A DNA stretch of 63,310 nt, counting the filler, from Lenisia limosa (lineage: Eukaryota; Protista; Breviatea): the NCBI GenBank assembly GCA_001655205.1. It is 4 parts of 4 records of this genome, joined end to end, with 100 filler letters (N's around TTAATTAATTAA, not from the genome) between each part and the next. Parts side by side here need not be neighbours in the genome. Positions count along the whole stretch, not along the records: positions 49,463 to 54,616 come from LPNZ01008275.1; positions 54,717 to 63,310 come from LPNZ01005403.1; 2 more parts are not named here. One strand, written 5' to 3'. A program made the position numbers and the translations under genes. Shown piece by piece: positions 53,401-63,310 of this stretch. Within the stretch, counting starts at the first letter, position 1. Each line of letters starts with the position of its first letter. The notes below the pieces were generated by a model. It saw only the letters and a list, made by a program, of their open reading frames with translations, was not told the origin of the DNA and did no database searches.

Positions 53401-54050
53401 ATATTATACTATTAAACGGATTAAAAGTTTTAAAAACATTTTTACACCGTAGAAAGTAAGTGTGAAACCCCATCAGACCATGCATCCATACCACTTCCTC
53501 CTCCCAACGCCTAGCAACAATGTTCCCTTGGCCAGAATTCCAACGATACCACACCAAACTTCCCGTGAGCTCATTTGGATAAAGGGTCATCTTTTTTGAG
53601 TAACAATACATATAGCATTCTTTTTCAAGTATACAATAGTGCAATATATAGGACTTGCTGAGGGGCAAAGGTGCGTGAATGTGTATAATACTGTAGGACT
53701 TGCTGAGGTAACAGCAAACGTGAAGACCACTGATGAGGATGTTGCTGCGATGCACAAGTACCTTTCGGTCTGTTTGGACTGTCCTTTCCCCGCCATTCTT
53801 ACTGATGAAGGTAGAGGTTTGTTGGGAGGAAATGTGCTATCCTTTTTATAACAATATAAAAATGATTTGATACACTTTACTATTAATACTAATATGACAA
53901 TATGATATATGACAGTGTAAGACCACCTGGTTACATAATATTATCTCATTCTCAACAGAGGGCGAGGATGGCAAACCATGCACGGTGATGGGTGTGGTGC
54001 CCCAGGTTGAGTACAAGAATGGGACCATGTTACAGGTGGGGGCTAGGAAG
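50480..54050 (-). CDS. Hypothetical multi-exon protein(s) with hydrophobic segments
   Basis: Several open GT-AG-bounded segments (VSDAVVAAMTAPVWSYALDVIHQK; GTAPNPLTAMAIAYNFGL; LASIATIVVLVVASSFLRNHIF; DVENDVDVDTVEIQIQG; TLYPNELTGSLVWYRW). Chain and ends not resolved. Confidence 0.35.
51286..51403 (-). repeat. Copy of the TA-flanked GIY-YIG-like repeat
   Basis: Reverse complement matches 30040-30194; the frame reads NRYIYCISPRYAGEARRKLCTQ. Confidence 0.8.
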
Positions 54051-54512
54051 TACATAGTATATTATATATGATATATCATATTATATCATATATGCATATA
54101 GTATATTGTTTTATGAGACTCTTCCATTCATATTTTCCATTTTGTTCGTGAATAAAGATGGAATGGGTAACTGTGATAAGTATAAGTACCGTGGTTGTAT
54201 TACGTTAAAAGAACGTGTATGTTAATGATTCAAAATGTGACAGCGGCAATTATGAGGTCAATCACCAAATAGATCGAACTTGGTGGCTGTGAAAGGCATG
54301 TAGTGGCAAGCCTGGTGTCTGGAGAGAAAGATGATGAGGAGTCCTCAAGTAGGAGGTTATCTATTAAGGAATGTTTCAATATCCTTATCAACGTCACAGC
54401 CTAATCATCCTTTCTTTTGTTTCTCACTTCTACATATTACTCATGAGAAATTATTAGGGACAGGTAATGAAGATTCGGCAGAAAAAAAAAATATTCATAA
54501 TCACAGTGTGAA

Positions 54513-54616
54513 GCCTGACTCTTTGCTTTTCTCTTCCATTACAGTCAACTGCCAGACTCTTTGCTTTTCTCTTCCATTGCAATCAACTGCCTCTTTGCTT
54601 TTCTCTTCCATTGCAA
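54513..54616. repeat. ~38-bp tandem repeat, 3 copies, at scaffold end
   Basis: ctctttgcttttctcttccatt(g/a)ca occurs three times. Confidence 0.85.
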
Positions 54617-54716
54617 NNNNNNNNNNNNNNNNNNNNNNNNNNNNNNNNNNNNNNNNNNNNTTAATTAATTAANNNNNNNNNNNNNNNNNNNNNNNNNNNN
54701 NNNNNNNNNNNNNNNN

Positions 54717-57700
54717 CAAACAAACAAAAAATGATCTCTTGATCATGAAATATTCCAACCATTTTTCCGGTCCTCAGGCCCGCGGCTTCGGCTGCGGCTG
54801 CGATTACGCGAAGGAGGGCGACGTGTGCGCGAAATACTCCGAGGGTTCTGCCAGGGTGCGCGATCCTTGATATCCACGGGTTTCTTTGACACTTCCTGCT
54901 GGGGGTAAAGGGCAATAGAACAAGAAGTTGCAAGGCTTTGTATCCGTGTGTGTGTTTTATGTACAAAAGTTATTATTTACCTGTCTCATCCATAAAAATT
55001 AGGGCATCTTGCAATTAATTGCCAATTAATTGAAAATAATTGCGTAATAATTTGCAATCATTTGAAGAAAATCATATTATCTACAACATTATTTTGAAAT
55101 AAGATAATTATTGAGTGGCTGTTGGAAACTTTCAAATATACGACAGTTTTCATTTCAGATTTAATGAGTCTTAATAAAATACTGAAGAATATACTTGTGC
55201 CAGCCAAAAATACGGAAGTATATTTCTCTTTTTTACGCAACTAATTGCATTTTTCAATTTATTGCCAAATATTTTGCGATGTTCAGGGAATTAATTGCAC
55301 GGAGCCCTAATAAAAATGATCATACTACTATTAGATATGACTGAAATATGAATGTAAACATCTGATAAACTATTATTTTGTAATATTTCATACTCGATAC
55401 TGTATTCAATAAAACGTTGGATCCCCTGAGCTGAAATATCTGACAGTAGAATACTTATGGATTGTAATAAAAGCAACAAAAAATGTTATTGCTCACTTCA
55501 ATCAGCTCAACAACCGCCACATCATCCGGTTCATCATCGGAAAGATGATGGACTGCTACGGTAGGCTCGGATGGGAACAGCGTTCGAGATCTGGGGGGAG
55601 GGGGGGAGTAAAACGAATGATATTTCGATGAAGAATATTGCCGTAAAAGGNNNNNNNNNNCGAATAATCTGAAACTCCAAACAAATAAAAAATAAAAAAC
55701 AAGCAATAACAAACATGAGCCACCAACGCTAAAACAGACAAAAGCCAGATGACAAAAACACAAAAATAAAAACAAGCCCGAGCCAGCCTTTGAAGAGTCC
55801 CACCACCGCTCGATCACCCAAACCCAATCATAACGCTTAGAGCCGTCCCAAGCATACGACCCCCGAGGGGATCAAAGCTGGATGGACAGAGCGCGTACCA
55901 GACCAGACTGCAGAAAAGAATCTCTACAGGTACGAACAATATGGTATCAAGCAAACTGTGACTGAGCAAAAAAGTAGGTTCAAAAAAAAAAAGGGTTGGC
56001 TGGGCAAACGCAAAGCACAAAACAAAACAAAACAAACACACATACAGCAAACATTGAAATCGAAACAACAANNNNNNNNNNNNNNNNNNNNNNNNNNNNN
56101 NNNNNNNNNNNNNNNNNNNNNNNNNNNNNNNNNNNNNNNNNNNNNNNNNNNNNNNNNNNNNNNNNNNNNNNNNNNNNNNNNNNNNNNNNNNNNNNNNNNN
56201 NNNNNNNNNNNNNNNNNNNNNNNNNNNNNNNNNNNNNNNNNNNNNNNNNNNNNNNNNNNNNNNNNNNNNNNNNNNNNNNNNNNNNNNNNNNNNGTTAATT
56301 AATAACAGTTTACCAAATCAATATCTCTTATTATCGACGTAAATCAGATTTTTCCCTTAATGAGGTGACGCGTAATAGGAATGGAGGATTTGTTGCCATA
56401 CCTTGCCCCTGACGATGGATGGGAACACTCGGGAGGATAGGAAGAATCGGAAGTGCGGGAAGGATGGGAGGTACTCCGAGCCTCGGATGACGGGCCTGAC
56501 CAAGCGGAAAAAGAGCCATTGGGGCAGCCACAATGCTGGCACTGTCTTCTGACTGCGGGGTTGGCAGGGGGATTGGACTGTGGTGCATCAATTGGGCCTT
56601 GAGTAGAGGAAGAATAGTGGGCAGATTCTGATGACGTGGCATGACCACGTGACGAACTGAACTGATTCGGATCACTTGAAAGCGGGGTCATTCTGAAAAA
56701 GTAAACCCAGTGGTTTAGATGTGCAATGATGAGAAAAGAAATGCGTTGTCACTTCTTTGTGCAAAAGGAAACAGGCTGAAGAGAACTAAGGGAAGAATAT
56801 TCGAGAAACAGTCTTTTGCAGCGGTACTGGAACCCAAGTTGAAGTGCATTATATGCATATGATAATCCCCCCCCCCCCACNNNNNNNNNNNNNNNNNNNN
56901 NNNNNNNNNNNNNNNNNNNNNNNNNNNNNNNNNNNNNNNGGTAGAACGTTGAACCTAAACGATCACTAAAACTGCAACCATAGATCAAAATAATCCCAAG
57001 CAATGAGAAGGGAGGCTGGAGATTACTCCTTTTCAAAAGCAAATAAACTAAGACCCTGTTAACAGCCCAGCCCGACTAACCATTGATTGCGGAAAGACAT
57101 GACTCAACCTGGCGGCTCAGAATGCTGACTCTTTCCGAGAAACGGGACGGTTTGCTTTTCAGCATTTTCGAAAGATCGGTCGGAAGCTCTGCGGAAGGCC
57201 GCAAACTGAACCCTCTTTCTTCCAAGACTGGTCTTGACCTTTCCTCCGATTTTTGTGGTTGTGCGTGACGGACATGATCTTGATAGTCATGATTGGGCAC
57301 CTGATGATTCTGACAGGTACCTGGGGGGTGTACGCAGGGTGCAGGGACCGAAGTTCGGCCTTGGCATTTGGGACACTGAAAAATTATTTTTCCACAAAGA
57401 GCTAATATCCTATTTCTTTGTTCATTTTGTACATGCATGATACGTTACCCGATTATTATGAATACTGATAACAAAGGGGAAGTAGTGAAATAATCCTGTG
57501 AATAAGAAACAATAATCAAGTAAAAACAGTCCTTTATCATTAAAAAGGAACAATATTGACTGTTGCAAATCCCTTTTAGCTTACCTGGGGCTCCATCTCA
57601 GAATGGCCAACTTGGGCACAAGAACATAAATAATGGTGGTGCTGGCGACAGCTTTGGCAACAGCATGCTATCACGTGACATTGCCCCTCAGTCCTGTTTG

Positions 57701-60700
57701 GGAGAGTTGGGCGGTCTGGATGCTCACTGGTGTGGGGGTGGGATGAAGGCGGCGTGGGAAGGTGATGTGGCGAGGTTTGCGTCTGCTTTGGCGCTCGCGT
57801 TGGCGTGAGCTGCTTAGGAAGAACAGACCGCGGAGGCTCGGAGGGAACAAAAGATGGAATGGAGCCGACGGAACGCGGTGATACCCGAGAGGAGTGCGAG
57901 TGTGGTGTGGGACTGGAGATACGCTCGTGGGAATGGGTTGACTGTGAAGTGTTTGAGGAATGTGAACGAGTTTGTCGAGATAGACGAAGAGAATATTCTG
58001 ACTTATGTGGTGAGAGCTGGGGTAGATGTGGCAACTCGGGGCTTAGAGCTTGGGTGCTTTGGTGAGTGCTTGAGGATTGACAAGTCTGAACTGAGCTGTC
58101 TGGAACCTTCATTGACGGGGTATGAGACTGGTGTGAGCCGTGGGAAAGCACTCCAGGGGAACCGTGAGAATTCGAGGAAACAGGAGAGTAATGCGAAAGA
58201 GAAGCATTGGAACCAACTGATGGTGGTGCTTCGTGAGAATGCTGAGAATGTTGAGATTTCGGGGTGTGCTGGGAAGATTCTGGAAGTGGTGTTTGGAGAG
58301 CAGCCTCGGCGATAGAAAGGACACTGCGCGTTGATCGTGCCGATTGTGGCGTGACGTGTTCAAAAGGCAGCATTGGAGTGACAGGTTCTGNNNNNNNNNN
58401 NNNNNNNNNNNNNNNNNNNNNNNNNNNNNNNNNNNNNNNNNNNNNNNNNNNNNNNNNNNNNNNNNNNNNNNNNNNNNNNNNNNNNNNNNNNNNNNNNNNN
58501 ATGTGGGGTTGGAGAAGCAGCGGGCTCTTCTTCATGATAATGACCATCAAATGCTGTGGCATTCGAGGGGGCAGCCGGAATGGAATGCGACTTTGTGATC
58601 TTCAGGCTAATTTTACTGCTCTGCCCAGCCACTTCCGACTCTTCTGTCTCCCTCCGACTGGCAACAAATGCGCCGCTGTGCTCGTCAGGGTTGAGATCCG
58701 AGATGATCTGGCTGACGTCATCATCAACGTTTCGTTCCAAAACGGGCCGTTCGGGGAGAAGTACCGAGTTGAGCGTGGGTTCCCGGTCCGTAGTTGAGGG
58801 GTTGGCGGCCGCGGCCCAAAGATTACCAGTCTAAGACAATAAGAACGAAAACATTTCAGTTTTGTGTTAGAAGTAATGATTTGACTCAGAATATTCGGTT
58901 CGTGATTAGTATCTTTAATAAGCCAATATTATTCATCTTATTTCCCTTAGTTGTACCCCCCCTGGAGACTCCAACTTTCTGTGCAGCAGATCACAGGTTA
59001 ATAGAATCAGAAGAAACCACACAAAAAGTTCAAATCGCTTACTGTTCTCGGCTTCATGCCAGACCGAGTGAAAAAGGCCCTCAAGGCGGCAATCTGAAGG
59101 AATGGGAACTGAAAAAGTCAGATATGAGACAAAAGAGAACAAAACTGCGGTAAACAAATATTGGTAAGTTGCAAACCTCCATGCAGGATTTTAGTTAGAC
59201 GTAACGACACCCCCACCAGTTTAATATTGTAAACCCAACAAAGTCTCTCCCTCCACAATCACCCCTCACCACTCCAGCGTGGGACCAGTGGATCCAGTCT
59301 TCAGGGTCCATGAGAAGCGGCATTCCGGCCGCTCTGCAGGAATAAGCTTGCTGAGAGAGCAAGAAGCAAAATACATTAATAAAGGGATACCCCAGAATTG
59401 ATTAGCCAAATATTGAGATTCATGTAAAGAGTTGGCAACAGTCGACACAAGTCAACAAACTATGGAAAAGTACTCAATAAGGACTACATTTATTTTAGCT
59501 CACAATACAAAAACTGATTCTTATGAAAGATACTGAAACCCAGACCCACGCCAGAATATCAGTTGACAATCTGAGGTTATGGAGGCAGGCGGCTGCAGTG
59601 GCTGGTGCTGGGATCAGAGCGGAAATACCTGGCAAATTAGGGATGTTGGAATCATTTGAAGAATAGGGGTTTTTAGACCACCTTCCAACAAAGGCTTTAC
59701 TTCGGTTCTCATTCACCTTTCAACGTGAAGCAGATAGATACCATAACCCAAAGCTTGCAGATAGCAGGATCAAAAAGTAAAAATAAACTAGTAGAGAACT
59801 TTCGGTGTGATTCACAGCCTTGCCGCCGACCTTTCGGTGTGGATTTACAGCCCCTTGCCGCCAACCTTGGAACAAAGAGCCCAGATGAGCATGGAGAACG
59901 CAGGCCAAAGCCACGCCGTTCGCCCAAGACTGCCCGAAATCGCTGACCTATTCTGTCAGAGGAATTCCAAGAACGAGTAACAATTCGTAAATGAGCTTTG
60001 TGTCATCTAATTCATAATTGGAGCATACCGCGATTTTGTACGACACCAATGCAGCATTTGCCCATAGGACAAGACCGGAACCGTCTTGGCGTTGTGGCCA
60101 CCAGGCTACATTGTGAGGGAAATGTTGTGATACGGCATCCATTGAAAGAATACTGTTGCGTCCTGTGATAAAGTACAGTATATTTAGTATGCTATATCAC
60201 ACGTCGTGCTAGTATGATCCAGTTCATTTCCTTGAGCACAACTACGTCTCATATACATGCATACTATATCTATCTTCAAGCTTTTCAACCTTTCTACATT
60301 GTACATGCGAGAGTAACCATTAATGTGATAGCAGACATAAATAAGAACAATAAAAAAATTGTCTGTGTTCCTATTTCCTTCTGACAATGGGTAGGGAATA
60401 GTGCCATTCTCATATGAGACATATATCCCCTCACCATAAGTTCTACACGCCTCCATGACAGTGGTTACCACGGCAGCGGGGTGAGAGGACACAAATTGCG
60501 ATGGGAGAGCAAGCTAAGTGTGTTAAACACACACACACACACACACATACACACACATACAAAACTCTTCTAATCAAACACTTCAAAAGCCAAATATCAT
60601 TTTCGGGATACTTTTTTTCTTCAAATCCCAAATAAAAAAAACAACTGTCCAGCCCAAAAACTTTTGTTAGCCTTGTTCCAGGCCGTTGTCGAAGAAGAGT

Positions 60701-61284
60701 AATGGCAATTTCATGGTTCTTTGCACAGGCTATGGAACGTTATACGAAATAAAAGAATTGTAAGTGGACCAATAATACGCTTTTTTCATACTTGCAGGAA
60801 GGATTGGCTTTCTATTGACTCCGGGAAGCTTCTTTCCTTCCAACTGAAACGTGAACCGTCAATAACGGATTTCTGTTTTTTTTAAAAAAACTGCCAAGAG
60901 CATTCATGAAGGCACTTTTTCAATAAATACCAGACGGAATCCCCTTCTTTTTATTTGTTGAAACGCCTCAACCCCCCAGTTAACCACCCACATCTTCAAT
61001 CAGCTCCACAAACGAAACTCCATCCGTTAAATCAACGACAACATCTGTAATTGCCGCTCGGTGTGGTCGAACTGCATTCACCCAGCGGGTCACTAAAACA
61101 CGACGACGTGCTTCAAATGTCAATAAAATAAATAACCACTATCTATGTGCTTATTTTCTCAATCACTCACCAAGAAGATTGGGGCTGTTGACAGGTTGGG
61201 ATGATCTACAAAGAAAATCAGAAAAAGTCTTCAGAATGAACACCAAGCTTACACAGCGGGCTGATAACGATTATACTCCACCAT
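54717..61284 (-). CDS. Protein with N-terminal tandem calponin-homology domains and a long Ser/Pro/His-rich tail; 3' end truncated by scaffold edge
   Basis: CH1: VTRWVNAVRP...VVDLTDGVSFVELIE, KKLPGVNRKP, KNHEIAITLL. CH2: LVLWANAALVSYKIA|SDFGQSWANGVALACVLHAH, AAGMPLLMDPEDW. ATG at 61284; low-complexity exons 58800-57590, 57330-57080, 56690-56400, 54900-54760. Confidence 0.75.
55000..55309. mobile_element. hAT-type MITE, 310 bp, with 8-bp target-site duplication
   Basis: Imperfect TIRs tagggcatcttgcaattaatt / aattaattgcacggagcccta; identical ATAAAAAT flanks at 54992-54999 and 55310-55317; lies in an intron of the CH-domain gene. Confidence 0.88.
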
Positions 61285-61580
61285 TCTAAGGGACAGAGAT
61301 CCAAAAGGTGGAGTGCGGCTTCAATTACCACAGATCTAAGACTTTAACTCTTAGAAAAGTATTTCGCCCATAATTTTGAATATATTATCCTTGTTAGGTC
61401 CAGTTGTTGCAAATATAAAGAGAAAGTAATTATTCGTTATTCAGAATAAAAGGCGCCAAAAAAAAATCGATATAAAGCTCGAAATATTTCGATATCTTCT
61501 ATCATTAGTTTAAGAGACTAAATGTGAACTGAACTGCCTTTTCTTAAGTTTTCATTTTTCCTTTCAAGACCTCTTTCAAT

Positions 61581-62113
61581 ATGGTTAGTGGTGCTTCTTT
61601 TGTGTTTTTTTTTATGTCTTACGGTTTTCTTACGAGTTACTATAACAATATTCTTCTCAAGTTATCCTAGTTTTAATTCTTTCGCAGGACAACCAGATTA
61701 AGCTCGCTAAGGTTACCAAGTGCCTCGGTCGTACCGGCTCTCGCGGTCAAGTTACCCAGGTTTGAGGCGTGAATGACTACTCTTGCTGGGTCTTATTTTT
61801 TGAGTGCTGATGATTAATGGCAAGATGTTGTTTTTTTCTAGTAGTCACAATTCAGGTTCGCGTTGAGTTCGTCGGCGAGAGCCGTCGTGCTATCGTTCGC
61901 AACGTTAAGGGGTAAGCTTACTCTTTCAGAATATTTTTTGTGTTCTTTTTGTTTTTTTTCTTTCTTCTTAGTTTTTACTTCCTACTTGCTTTCTGAAAAC
62001 ATATGGAGTATTTGTAAAGTTGTTCATATGAGGCTCATATTTCCAGCCCCGTCCGCGTTGGTGACATCCTTACCCTCCTCGAAACTGAGCGTGAGGCCCG
62101 CCGTCTCCGCTAA
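61581..62113 (+). CDS. RPS28: 40S ribosomal protein S28 (eS28), 4 exons
   Basis: M|DNQIKLAKVTKCLGRTGSRGQVTQ|VRVEFVGESRRAIVRNVKG|PVRVGDILTLLETEREARRLR*. Confidence 0.97.
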
Positions 62114-62456
62114 TTTAGCGTTTTCCTTCTTTCTACTACTTTCAGTAGATTAGAAATAGAGGTTTTGTTCATCTACCTCGATGAGTGGTTTTCTGGGGGT
62201 GGGGGGTGACATGTGATAAACGCGAAATAGACACATCAAACAAATTGGAGATTATTATGTTTTTGATGGTTTTTAGCTGTCATCCTCCTAGGGGATAAAC
62301 TTGTTTTTATTTATTTTAGATCATATCAATATTTCCAAGTCCAACAGTTACCCTCAATTACTAAATTGAAAAAGGTCCATCACAACCAAAACAACTAAGA
62401 GAAACATGACATACTGTGGAGTAGAGAAACAATGAAAAAATATAATACAACAAGGA

Positions 62457-63290
62457 TCATTTTTTGGAGTCTGTCTTTTTGACCTTCTTTTTGACTACCT
62501 TCTTCTTTCGCTTTGGCTTTTCTAGAGTGGTCATACCCAAATGATAGGCAAAGACAAAGTGGTTGAGTTTGCCGAAGTCATCCTTGGAGGAATACACATT
62601 GATGTGGCACCTTATTTTCCATTTCTCATTGCTATATATATTAGTATCTGATATCATGATAATGAATATATGATGAATATTCATATATTATACTATATAT
62701 ATCATATGATATACTTATACTATTATTTGATCATATATTATATTATACTATACGGTGCATACATATGATATTTATTAAACAAAGTGCTTCGCAAGTTAGG
62801 CCTCCTTGATTCATCACCACATCAAAGTATGGCATACTATATATCGGCCAGGTCCCCCCTCCTCATTCTACACCATATCGCCAGAATGTTCCAGTTGTAT
62901 CAGGATGAAATCGTCAACAAACGTAATATGGTTACAAAGACATTACTGACTCGACCCAATAATACCTGAAGGGGTATCAGCAGACCATGTTGACGTTGAA
63001 GTTCGGAGGAAGGACTTCTACATCGTCATGATTGAAATGAATGACAAAAATTTGATGGTTTTACCCAACTGATACTGTTTATAGTGGAAATTAGTTCTTA
63101 AAAACAATACACACCAGTTTTCTGCGACATAGAACCCATAAAATATTACTACATTGAGTGGTCACACCTGTTTCGGCTCGGTCGCAGCCGCCAATTTGGG
63201 TTCTGAAGATCCTGAAAAACGGTCTGATGAGGGTCGTCGCAGGAGAGAACTGCTATTTCCACTACCTTGGAGGATGAGCACCAGATATTT
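62457..63290 (-). CDS. 3' part of a hypothetical multi-exon gene entering from the right edge, Lys-rich C-terminus
   Basis: Last exon ...KDDFGKLNHFVFAYHLGMTTLEKPKRKKKVVKKKVKKTDSKK*; upstream open segments with GT donors. Confidence 0.45.
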
Positions 63291-63310
63291 ATACAAACTA
63301 TATGGACATG

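Overview
Intron-rich eukaryotic nuclear DNA, probably from a free-living amoeba-like protist (inference from the gene set and from frequent GTTTGT-type donors). The window is not one contiguous locus: three artificial 100-bp spacers (44 N + TTAATTAATTAA + 44 N) join four scaffolds (1-31325, 31426-49362, 49463-54616, 54717-63310). Genes reconstructed by hand across introns are RPA12, CHMP2A/Vps2, a 12.6-kb SAC9-type phosphoinositide phosphatase with an intronic tRNA-Gly(GCC), Rap1, CCT3, a partial cathepsin C-like protease, a fibrinogen-like-domain protein, a tandem-CH-domain protein, RPS28 and several hypothetical multi-exon genes. The second scaffold is mostly transposon debris: Ty3/Gypsy remnants, a HECT-like pseudogene, and a DIRS/Ngaro-type retroelement whose gag-like ORF appears to carry spliceosomal introns and whose RT is interrupted by a LINE fragment. 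The most interesting signals are (1) unrelated introns sharing homologous 3' ends (Introner-like candidate), (2) the intron-containing DIRS/Ngaro element, (3) GTT-dominated 5' splice sites, (4) a WW-less SAC9, and (5) a TA-flanked repeat family with a GIY-YIG-like remnant. All protein family calls come from motif recognition by eye; no database searches were run.
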